Source: Callorhinchus milii | Taxonomy: Eukaryota | NCBI RefSeq assembly: GCF_018977255.1 | Contig: NW_024704745.1 | Span: 53,320,001-53,384,000, forward strand | Direction of reading: 5' to 3' | Length of the DNA stretch: 64,000 nt | Part shown: positions 50,521-62,370 of the stretch, in pieces | Numbering within the stretch: position 1 is the stretch's first letter | Layout of the letters: each line of letters starts with the position of its first letter | Made by a program: the position numbers and the translations under genes | Notes under the pieces: model-generated | What the model saw: the letters and a program-made list of their open reading frames with translations, nothing else | Database searches by the model: none | Told to the model about the DNA's origin: nothing

Positions 50521-53052
50521 TATTATTAAAGGATTATTATGGTGGTCCAAGAGGTCAGGATGAATTCCGAGATTGTATTCTTTTTCTGGCACTGGTGACT
50601 ACCTCCAATTCAGTCAAGCTCCATAATTATGAAACATTAAACACAGATTTAAAAAAAACTAATGTTTGGTTCCCATTAACATTTTGGGATGAAGGGAGTT
50701 TCAAGTGAGACAGTAAGAGGAGAAGGGGGAAAGAGAATACATGAAAAGGTTTAATTCCCTAAGGGAGAAAGACCCATTTTAAACATTTGAGGGCTGCTCA
50801 TTCAGGAAATCTTTTCTATCATTACTGGCAAAATGGTTCACTATAAATTGGGAACTACGCCTTATACTTCAGTGGAATCCCTGATAAGTTAGAGGAGTTG
50901 TGCAGTACAGCGGTCAGACCTGATAAATTGAGTTCTCATCCTGTTTCTTATCATTGGGCTTTTTGAAGAAATTCCTTTTGAGGGTATTTCCACTCACTGC
51001 CTCGAGCCTTCCTCTGTAATTTGAAAGTATCTCTTCACTTGCTGAATGCTCTCATTAAACTCTAAACATGCTATTTTGCATTTGTAGCTTTGGTGCAGAA
51101 ATGTTCCTGCAAATCTCAGGTGATGAATGGTGTCACTCTCCCACTTTGATACAAACCAGGAGCGTCCCCTGATGAGTTTTCATGAGGCAATCTCTTTCCT
51201 CTGTTGATTTCCTAGCGTATGCTGGCATTCCTTTCATATTAGATATTGCAAAGTCAGATTGTTGCAGATGAATACCTTTTGGAAAATCCATCATGAACAT
51301 AATTAGGGCAATGACAACCAGTTATTTTGGTAATTAAACATTTTCTCTCATTTTTCTTGACAGAAATAATGAGAAGGGTACCGGATACTGATTATGTACC
51401 TGCAACATTGTCTCAGGCTAGCTTGGACAAAGTCCATTTTATTAAAATAACACTTTTTTCAACCATGAGCATGTAGTGTGTAGTTTTTACCCACTGTGTT
51501 TGTGTCAGCAGTTTTATTTTGTCGAGATCATCTGTATGACCGAGTGCGATCCGTGCACAGATCTGTGTTGTACCCATACCATCTGGCTCAGTGACAGTTC
51601 CATTAATTGAGTATTTAATTTTCTGTCCATTTAAATCTGTTAATTAATCAATCATTGACGGCGCTACTAAACAAGGAAGTCCCCGGTGAGCTGTAACAGA
51701 TAGAAACGCTATTCCCAGGGACAGATGTTTCAAGAGTTTTGACAAAATTTATAATTTTTTAAAACATATATGGGGAATTAATCTAGAAGAATATTGTCTG
51801 ACTGAGGGAGTGGGAAATGCCTCTACCTTTTGTACCAAATATTCACATCAAGCCCTACCAAGTCTGGCATTGAATGGGCTTGATGCTGACGCAATGTCCC
51901 ACCAATCTGCCTCAGCTTCAGCCTAGTGTGCCAGTGTGACTTTTCCATTTCCCACACAGCCACCCTTATGTTTGCTTGAGTGCAGGCAAACAGTATTATC
52001 ATATGTTTAGCAGGCAAAGCGATTGCAGGGATGAGAGATGGAGTGTTCACTGATGTTTTTCAAATTTCGGGACCAGCTTGATAGTTGGTTGTTTAGCGTC
52101 TTTACTTTTCTATGTTTCTGTCAGTGAGATTGCTAGTTTATTGTGATCAGTACTGAGTCATAAGGAGTTTTGTATTATTAACTTACGCCATTTAGGAACT
52201 AGCCTGAGACTGTTCTGAGTTCCAAATAATATTTTAGCTATAAAAGAAGCATTCCTGTTTATCTAAGAAGGAAGTTTCTCTGGGTGCCCTGGCCAACAAT
52301 CGCCCAGATAAAATTGGTCACTCACTTGACTGTTTGTGGGGCATTGCTGTGTGCAAATTGGCTACTGTGGTCGTCTAAAAATACACAGTTACCACACTTT
52401 ATAGGAATTTATGTGAAGCGCTTTGAGGCATTTGGCATTGTGATCAGAAGATATAACAAATGACAGGATTATTGTTATTAATAATATCTTATTTATTATA
52501 AGAATATAAATGTGCTTTTTGAAAGATTGATTGAATAAATAGTTAATGTCTCATTTGGTCTTAGGATCAGATGAACCAAGGGGTGCTCTCAGATTGATGC
52601 TGTGTCAAGATAGTTTGACAAAGCCCTGGTGGTATTGTGAAGTGGTACCAGGTTTCACGCACAGTTGGGTGGCCTCTTTTATTTATTTCTGATAGCTACT
52701 GACTGTGTTGTTTCCTGGTAATCAATCATGGATTAGCACTCAATCAGCTGCAGTGATTACACCACAATCTGAATTCTTCAGTGTGAACATCAGCACAGTT
52801 TAAACGTTTGAAGCTTCCTGATTGTCAGCCTTTGCCCCATTCCACAACAAAGCAGAAAGTGATACATAAAAGAAGAGATGGGGCTTCAAGTTGCATTTCC
52901 CACTAGGTTTTGAATTTCAACTGACCAATGCTGAAGATTGACTCTTGCGGTGCACAATTCTTTAATTTCCTGGTGAGTTCATTCTCAGATTCTTTTATTC
53001 TTTAGATAATATATACAGGTATGCCATTCCTCTAGAATAATAATTTATAATA

Positions 53053-53500
53053 ATAATATAATAATAATCCTTGCATTTGATATAGCATCTTATCACATCA
53101 TTGAGATGTGATAAGGCACTAAAAAGGGCTTTGCAGGATATACTGTAAAGTGGTTCTGAGCTGTGTGTTTTGTGGTGAAACATGACAGCCACAAATGTCC
53201 CATTAACAGCCACTAAGTGAATGACCATTTATTTTATTTGGGGACTCGTTGGCCAGGACACCTGGAGAAACTCCCTTTTCGAAAAGTGCAATGGGATATT
53301 TAATGTCCAACTGAACAGGCAGACAGGATCTTGATTTAATGTCTCATCCGAAGGACAACATCTCCAACACTGCAGCACACCCACAGCACTGCATTGTAAT
53401 GTCACCTTAGATTATGATTCCAAGTCTGGATATGGGGCTTGAACCCACAAGCCCCATATCCAGAGGCAAGAGTGCTACCAGGCTGAGTCAGACTAACACA
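53053..53500 (-). mobile_element. Deu-domain SINE family B, full length
   Basis: Colinear with 28290-28717. Confidence 0.8.
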
Positions 53501-53588
53501 TTCCTGTATTTCCTGATGAGTTCATTCTCAGATAATATACACAGGGCATGCCATTCCTCTGGAAACAATTAAATGGAATGTGATTTCT

Positions 53589-53676
53589 CTGGCGTTCAAA
53601 TCATGTCTCTCTGGTGTACAAATCACACCTCGTAGGTGTTCAAATCACAACTCACTGGTGCTTAAATCACATCCTT
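53589..53676 (+). repeat. Degenerate 22-bp tandem repeat x4 (ctggtgttcaaatcacaNctcN)
   Basis: Units start at 53589, 53611, 53633 and 53655. Confidence 0.8.
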
Positions 53677-54502
53677 TCAGGGAAATAGCCGTTAAGTCTC
53701 ATGATTAGTTCCCGGATGCCAATCACTCATTGAAAGTAGTAAAAAGCAACCAAAACCAAATTGTTAAAAATGGAACAAACCTATTTCTCCGCAGACTCCA
53801 CCTTATCAAATAACATAGACAAGAATACAGTAATACAATCCAGCTCAAGTGCTCAATTTTTCTTACAATCTTATTCTGGTGAGGGTGCTCCTATCTTGTC
53901 TTCAGTTCCACTTGCCCTGTTTAATTCTCCCTGTGTTGCACAATAGTCCCCAGCTGAGAGGGGTCAGAAGGTAACCAGCCTCTTGCAGCCACTAGTGATT
54001 TAGTCTCAAACAGATACATGGGAGCGATTGATAGTCAGGTGCCCACACCCCAGTTTGAAGTGCCTGTCCTCTGCTCGTGCCATATCTGAGCTTAAGAACC
54101 TGTCATTTGGACATTTCTAGCGACAGACCTACATTCCACAGCTCAGTCAGAGCACAAATAGGCTGCTACCACTGGACCATCCGTGAACACAGAATTGAAA
54201 TACAAGGGTGTTTGTGGTGTGCTGAACTGCAAGCAACTTGTCCTTCAGTCATTCAGCCTATCCTTTACTTGACGGAAAGAAGAAGACTGAAGTAAGAGCC
54301 CTGAGGAACACTCTATGTGTCTGTGTGGGGGTACGGGAGAAGCAGTAACAATGATGACATCAGTGAGAAATGGGGTCAAGGAAGCAGGTGGTGGGTTTTG
54401 TCAGAGAGAAAAGGGGTGAAGGGGAAACAGGGTAAAGGTGTGAAAGGTGGGGAAGGCTGGGGCATGGGGTAGAGGGGGCATGGGGATAAAGGACAACTAT
54501 TT

Positions 54503-54872
54503 GTGGAGTCCTGTAGCTCAGTGGTTGGAGCACTCGCCTCGCAAGCAAGAGACCTGGGTTTGATTCCCGGCAGGGCGAAATGTTGGGCAAGTTTCCTGAC
54601 CCCACACACCTCTGTTTACCTAGCAGTAAGTAGAAACCCGGTTGTTAGTGGATTGGTGAATCGGATTTCCGGGGGTAACAATTCCTTCAAAAAATAATAA
54701 ATTGGTCACTTCAATCCGCGACTGTTTGTGGGACATGCTGAACACAATTGGCTGCAACGTTTCGCCCACAAATATACAGTCAATTCACTTTACAGCATAT
54801 TCTGTGAGGCGCTTTGAGGTGTCTCGAAGACATGATGAGACGCTATATCAAATGCAAGGATTATTATCATTA
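54503..54872 (+). mobile_element. Full-length tRNA-derived SINE, family A (tRNA-Ala-like head, CORE-like ttgggcaagt segment, L2-type tail)
   Basis: A box tagctcagtgg, B box ggtttgattcc, anticodon-like arm ctcgc-ctcgcaa-gcaag. Tail ends atcaaatgcaagga(tta)n. Many copies are present in the window. Confidence 0.9.
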
Positions 54873-57800
54873 TCTCTGGATAAAATTGATCATTCACTTC
54901 ATGGATGTTTGTGGGACATTGCAGTGTGCAAATTGCCTGCCGTGTTTGCCTAAAAAAATGCAGTTGTGCTCCCATTGTGAAGAGCACTGTATCAAATCAA
55001 AGGATTATTTATTTATTTAATTCCCCAAATTATGACAGACCCCAGGTGAGGAAGCAAGGGAAAAAGATTTTGGAAGAGTTTAAGAGGGCAATGGTGTAAC
55101 AGCTGACAAACAAGGTTATTGTTCTGTACAGATTGGCGTTCAACACAAATTGGAGTTAGTTTGTGGACCACATGTGCTGGAATATATGATTATCCACCTC
55201 ACAGCATTGTGTCCTGTAAGATTTTACTGTTTTGTTTTAGTGTTAGCTGGTTATTTTAGTCAAGATTGCAGTTCAAAATCAGCTTGTGTGTGCAGCCTGG
55301 CTCGGTTGGTAACACTCTAGTTAAACATATGAGTTCCAAGCCCCACTGTGGAACGTTGAACTCCTATAGTCTAGTCCTGTGCTGGCCAAACTGGCTCATG
55401 GTCCAGTTCTAGCCCGTGGGGTCATCAAGAAACCGCTCCGAACATTCGCACTAGCCTAGGTAAGTCTGTGTTTGGTCAGTTTCCAGGTTTTTCTTGGTTG
55501 AATCTTTCTTGATGTATGGCATAAGTCAAGAAATATTCAATCAAGAGAATGTACTTTGTTGGCTGACCAAAAAGATCAGGCACCGTCGGTCTCGGCCAAT
55601 ACTTTAGTCACTAACTACATGTGGCCAATTGGGGTTCCACATGTGGCTAAATTGAATTTTTGATTAGTAAATAAAAAATGAATAACAGACACAGTTGTTG
55701 GGCATGTGATCTCAATACTCATATTCGCATGCTGTATGCATGTGTGCTTTGATCTTTTTGTGTGTTTGTTGGTAAAATGATAAGATGAAAAGCAATGTGT
55801 GCCAGTGTTTTCTGATCGTTGTGTGTACTTTATCTCTTTGGTTACTGCTTGGCGCTGTAATAATTCTTCCGATCATCAAACAAATTATATCAAGTGTAAG
55901 TATTATTTTAATATTTTTTAGTTTCTACCCTCCAGCTATAAACGGGGGGAAATATCCACCTCTGGTTGGGCAAATTTGACACTCTTAGTGAGTGAGCCCA
56001 TCGCATTCCCTGTGGATGGGTAACCTTGACGTGTGAGCTTGGAATGGGAAAATCCTTATGAAGCTTGGGATCAGTCGCCATTGATTCTGTGAGAAACAAG
56101 GTGACAGAATGTTATCACCATTTGAAGCCTCAGTTGATATCACTTATCAATGTGGTAAAATGCCACTCACATGAAGCAGAATAGTACATTTTGGTTGACT
56201 AATCCTCTTGACTTTACTGATGCATCAACTGGAGTTAAATATTCAGAGCCATCATTTCATAAGGCAGCCTGTGCTGTCTCATCTCATACTCTGCATGCAG
56301 AAATATTGAAGTACTGAAACTAGTCAACAGAAGATTAGTTACAAGATGAATCCATCATGGAAGTGGAGCCAGTTTAGTTGACTCTGGGGACATGCTCTCA
56401 TACAGTATAAAAAAAACTATTTTTCCGATGTGGAATTAGGTTGTGAAGGCAGGGCTGGAGAGGAAGCAATGCAAAGAGATTTAGGAAGCACACTCTGGAG
56501 AACAGAGGCTGACAATCCAAAATGTTGCCTTGTACGGATTGGCGTTCAACACAAATTGGAGCTGGTTTTAGTACTTCAGCAGCTCTAGATGAAAAGATCT
56601 TGAGTTAACAAGTGAAATGTATGTTTTTCCACCTCACTGGAATGAACTGTTGTTTCAGACTTAGTTAGATGATGAATTGTGTTCCATGGGTGGAGAAGAG
56701 TCCTTCCAAATGGGACCCTATAGGCCTGTGCCATGTTTCACTGAAGCAGCCTTGCTTCTGCGAGACGTGGAACAGGCCAATAGAGTCTCCACTCAGGAGA
56801 CTGCCAGTTGTTCAGCACAGAGATGGAATGAAATCACTGCTTTCCACCCTTCCCCAAACTCGGCATCCACCCCTTCACCGTAAAACGCTGAGAAATGTAT
56901 CCTACATGAGAGGAGCTATATAAATGCAGATTGTTGTTGTAGCACTTGATATCCTCTGCATGTAGCATCTCTGGCTCTGCTTGTTGATATATAAATATTT
57001 ATCAATTAATTTATTTATAATATGTGTTAATAATAAACATCAATAAATATTAACATCTACTTTTCCTGTGATTGCAAAGTAAGGCACCCAGATTATGTTG
57101 AGGAATCGTCAAGCCCATGTGGAAAGATGGCTTTGCAAAGACTAGGTTACTCTCGTTCACTCATTTCTGAGTATTTCTGAGCAGTCATTCACACAGCTAC
57201 ACATTGTGGAAGGTCCAACCAAGCTTTGCACTTTGTATGCTTACATTCTTCATCCGCTGAGCAGTGTTGTGGTTATTTACAATAATATATTTGGAGAAAT
57301 TTGTGAAGGAATTTATACTCCACATTGGTGGTGACACTGGCATCTTTTTACCACTTGCCTTTAAACTTCCCCATGAACTAATTTGCTGGTCAAAATGCCC
57401 TCTCATCAGTAAATGTAGCAACCTTCAAAACTGTTTGCTTTCCCATTTATAAGTTGTGCACTGCCAAAGGTCAGTAAATACAGGCGACGAGAGAATAAAC
57501 CCCATCCTCTGGATTGCTGCACCTCACTGAAACCTGCAAAGGATTTGATTTATGAGTAAGCTACCGAAATGTGGCTTTTGAAAAGGGTCAAATAATCTCT
57601 TAAAAGGGTGAGTCCCCACTTTATAATCATACTGCTGTGAATCAACAAACCCCGCGATTATACCAACTAACAACCTTTCATAACTCCCCTTGGTTCTTTT
57701 GCAGTCAGAGCAGGAGATCTGTGAGCAATATGCTAATTCAAGATACAGCTCAGTAATTAAAAGCCTTCGCATTTACTTGTAACCATGTTGTCTGCTCTGG

Positions 57801-59865
57801 TTGACTTTGCGGAGGGGCTGCTCATTGTGCGGTAATAGGATGAATGTAAGCAAGCAAGCACGATCACTCTGTCCCTGGGACAGTTCAACTAAAGGAAATG
57901 TGGAAGGTTAATTGTATTATATTGATGGCAAATGATTAGCACTGGAAATTAAACCACTGGCTTGATTTACCCGGTATTCTACTTGAATTTGGGTGATTTT
58001 ATGTCTTGTCATTAGCCATTTTGAAAACAAACATTGATCTGTGCTGCAGTACCTCTGTCTATTTGAAGTGTCAGTTTCCCATCCCGGCTTGGTACCTCCA
58101 AAGGCTTTCCTTGATGAATGGGTTTTGCAGAGTCATTTAGCTTGCTATTTTATTTGTCATTTAACTTCAGTCATTTTGCACTGTGCGGTGTGTCAAAAGT
58201 TCCTAAGTTTAACCCAGGTCTTCACTGAATTAGTTGATCTCAAGTGAGTTAATGGATGTGGTTGGCCTCAGTGTCCCTGGATTGCAGAAACTAAATGATG
58301 AGCAGGGTCCCTGGATAGGTGAGGGCGCTGAGTAAACTGTTCCCAAAATTCCTGCCACAATGATGAATGTGGCTGGCAGTGTACCTTTCATAGTAACCAT
58401 TGTATGATTGTGTGACAAGTTCATTGCTTATGCTTATGCCAACTTGTCCATACCATGTACTAATGAGGAAAACCGAGAGGTTTCAAACTAATTGTGTTCA
58501 TGTTCCTAATGAATTATCACCTAAACTGGCATAGTAACCTCATTACCTTTCTGTGATATTTGTATTATCCTGTGATGGCAGTAAGTCATCTTTAATTCAT
58601 TTTAAATGACCATCATTTGATGTAAATATTTAGTTGTCTGAGCATCACAGCTCAGAAGAGCCGTTTATGAAAGGCTTTCCTCAGTAGAATAGGGCTATAG
58701 TCAGAGCTGTGTAAGCTCAGTGCTCACAATGATTGTAAAGCGACTGAACAACATTTTATATTGTTTGCCTTTCGTTGCTCCTGATTACTCAGTAGACATG
58801 AGACAGATAGAGAAAGCTCACCTGTGTCCCACCGCCTGCCTTTCTCAGTGGGTTGCAAGTCACCCGATTGTTTTGAACTACCGTCCTGTGAAAAGTAAAT
58901 CGCTTTCTCAGATGCGAGTGAATTGTGTGTCTGAATGGGAATTCGGCCCTCTATTGTACGGAGGCTGCTGCATGCTGGGTACGGTTCCAGATTCCAGCCG
59001 TTAATTCACAAGTAATGAATGAAAGTAGACAACGTATTGAATGGCTTAGGAAAAGTATTGCACTCTAGGCTGGTAAAGCCTTGTCGATTCACCCTTTAAA
59101 TTAATGGAGAAGTGTTCATGGGCCCGATGGGATCAATCTTACCACTGCCACTCCCTTTTGCTTTGGAGAATTTTGGAAGTTGTTCAGTTTTCAAAGGCCT
59201 TTTTTTTTATATAAAAAAGGGAAATCCTGAGTCTGTATTCATGTGTTGGATAAAGATTTGTGTTGCCTTTTAAGCCCTGTTGCACAGCATTTTCATCTGA
59301 AATATATTTGTATACAGACCAGGGTGGTATTTTGCAGGAAGTGTGAGAACACCTAGTGTATTAAAATGTACTCTTGCATATTGACTAAGCATAAGGGTCA
59401 GGCCAGCGAAAGCCAGGAGAATCGTGAGTATACCCAGGATTGGGTGTAGAAATTATTTAAAAAATCTATTGGTTTAAGGGAACATTCCAGCTGCAATCAT
59501 CTGCAAGCAAAGAAACTGCCTGGAATTTAATTTATTGCCCCTGGCATATTAACCAAAAGCAGCTCATTAAACTGGCAGCCAAAGTGTGCAGGTCTACGGT
59601 GTATGAACAGCACCACTTGATGGACACTACGCTGGGATTTAACCTTTCTATGATGGGTATCGTAATGGGATTGAGTGCACTTTTCAATCTGGGACTTTTA
59701 ATGTCTGGACAGATAAATCACTGTTATTATTTTCCAGTCCTCTCCTTGTCCTCTCTATTACCTTTTTCATCGACCAATTTACATGTGCTTCATCAGCCAC
59801 AGGAGTGATACAGAAACAATTGGTCTGAAGTATGTTTTGATCGCGAAATATACTTTTGATCTATA

Positions 59866-60231
59866 TAATATAATAATCCTTGCATTTGATAGAGCGCCTT
59901 ATCATGTCGTTGAGATGTCTCAAAGCACTTCACAGAATATATTGTAAAGTGAATTGACTATATATTTTGTGGGCAAAACACGGCAGCCAATTGCGCACAA
60001 TAGTGTCCCACAAACAGTTATAGATTGAGTGCACAAATTATTAGTTTTTTTTGAGCGATTATTACCCCCGGTTAGCGATCCGGCAATTGCCTAACAACCG
60101 AGTTCTACTTACTGCTAGGTAAACAGAGGGGTGGGGAGGAAACTTGCCTAAGGTTTTGCCCTGCCGGGAATCAAACACGGGTCCTCTTGAATGCGAGGTG
60201 ATCGTTTTAAGCACTATTCTACAAGACTCCG
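59866..60231 (-). mobile_element. SINE family A, full length
   Basis: Reverse complement of the family A consensus. Confidence 0.85.
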
Positions 60232-62069
60232 CGTAGAATATAGGTTACAAGAAATGCCTCTCGTTGCAACCTCCTTTTGGATTAAAGCAAGAGAACAACA
60301 ACAAATTGATTTATATGGCACATTTCACGTCAGAAGGACATCCCAAGGCCTGCACAGTTCAGGGTTTGCACCAAAGCTGGGGGTTGGATTCAGGAAGGGG
60401 AGGTGAAGGAAGACGACCAAAGGCACGGTCAAAGAGGAGAGTCTTGAGATGGACGTTCCATACAGAAGTGTTGTACGTTTCGTAAATCTTGACAGCCATT
60501 CTATTAAGTTTTCAAGCATTGTTCTGACTTGACGTGAAATCAGTGGGGAGGTTTGATGTTAAATCCTGAGTAGGCACCTTCGTTTGTTTGCTGTGGAGGC
60601 GGAAGACTTATTTTGAGAACATCATTTTGTAAGATAAAACCTCATCAAATTTGACTTTTGCCGTGGGTGGGGGTGTTTGTTTTGGGCTGAAAACAATGAA
60701 GCTTTACATGCAAGTTTCATTTGTCTCTTCCCACTTTCAGTCAGTGATTTCGTAACGGATAACTGCACTGTGTTCATTTTTTGGACAATTCAGTTCTTGA
60801 GCCCAGAACCAGTTGCAAAAGCGATTACTGCACTGTCCTACTGTCAGCATTATCTAATCTGCTCCTGATTGCTATTAATAGCAAAGTACCACCAGAGTCT
60901 AGTGCAATTATATTCTTTAAATATCAAGATAGAATATTTAACTAGTCAAATGCTCCATTATGTAGCATTCCTTAAACGGTGACATAGGACAGCTGAGAGC
61001 TGAACGGTTGTAACCTTCAGAATTCCCTCCCTCTACCCCCGTCTCACCCCTCTCTATTTATCTTTAAAGCCTAACTTAAAAACCTAACTCATTGACTATG
61101 CCTACGGACACCTCCCCCCCCTCCCTTCCTTCGTTGCTCAGCGTCTGACTCTCTGTCAAGTGCTCTGAGCCATTCTACATGAGACACTGTAAAAATGCAG
61201 TGTGTTATTGTAATAGAAACATTGTAGAAACATTTCAGTGAAACTTTTTCATTAATTCAGGATTCAAAATCGTTTGCTGAAATTCCACTGAGTAACGCTA
61301 GTTAATATTAACTAATGCCCACATCCTGCCTATTTCAAGGATTGGAGGAACTTATGTAAACCATTAAAATCTTCCAAGTAGGGAGGAATTTAAATGCCCC
61401 CTAACCCCCCCCGCTCCAGTTGTTAAACATTCCGAGCGTGAAGTAACCAAGCTTTGCTAGTTTCTGCCCACCTCTCAGTTGACCTCTGGCATAGTTTAAG
61501 GAATGCTGCATAATGGAGCATTTCACTAGTTGAATACTCAGTCTTGATTTATAAGGAGTATAACTGCACTCCATCTGGTAGCTCTAAGTTAGTGTGTTTC
61601 CAGAAGCCGAATGCAGGTGCCCAAAAAGTGTAACAGGAGTTGTCATTGTGACCTGTATGGAAATACAGCATGATATCTGATCCTCCGTGAGAGTGGCAAC
61701 TGGAAACCAGAGCACTCCACAGTTTCCCCACGCGATCCAGTTTCTAGGGCGGTTCCTACCCCAGGATGCTGAATAACAAACCGGCTTGGGTTCTGGCATC
61801 GCCGCCTCCCTCGAATACTGAACTGTGGCCAGATTCTCTGATCTAGTTTGGCAGTGACTTTGGCAATGTGGTGTTCAACAATACTCTTGCAGTGCCACCA
61901 ACTCCTGCAGGGGGAGAGAACTGCAGCTCAGTTCACAAACTCAGGGCGAATGGTGCACCTAAACTGCTTTCAGATCCTCATCATAAATAGGACCTTTTAC
62001 TAGCAAAAAACCGGTTTGGACAACTGTATTTGTCATGTTATTTGAATGCAGTTGTTCTTTCTTCAGCAA

Positions 62070-62370
62070 AATAGGGAAATAATCTCCTCCGCCCTTTCAC
62101 CTCTCCATCTCTCCTGAAGGCACTGACACAGGGACAAATTTCCACAGATGTCAGGCACTTTATGTTACCCCACCCAAGTGGCCATTCTTCACACGTGAGC
62201 CAAGACGGTGAGTGTTAGCCAGCTATTCAATCGTGGAGGGTATCAATCCTTTCTTCACCTGTCTGCACTCATACAGTTTCCTGGCTATTATTTCTCTACC
62301 TCAAGTTGGGCAGTGGGGCTGCGGACAGAGACAAGTGTATCGCATTCCTCCTGCCGCAGGCTGAGATCAA
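62070..62370 (-). mobile_element. Old interspersed repeat family C (probable SINE). Other copies at ~3290-3690, 4710-5045, 7490-7690, 9370-9560, 12020-12260, 19375-19660, 48590-48960, and split 35135-35169/36739-36890.
   Basis: Copies share recurrent motifs (cccaagtggccattcttcacacgtgagcc; ctgagatcagctaa; acaattggcctcag; tgatgccct..atagc..gcc..cactcac..tctaggctc). Confidence 0.6.

Noticed and set aside
54503-54580. tRNA-Ala(CGC)-like cloverleaf (also at 50172, 34489 and minus-strand copies)
   Set aside because: Each is the head of a SINE, followed by SINE body and tail, with stem mismatches. They are not tRNA genes.
57264-57452. Hydrophobic 62-aa ORF as a possible internal exon
   Set aside because: No MAML similarity, non-ATG start, and no convincing splice signals.
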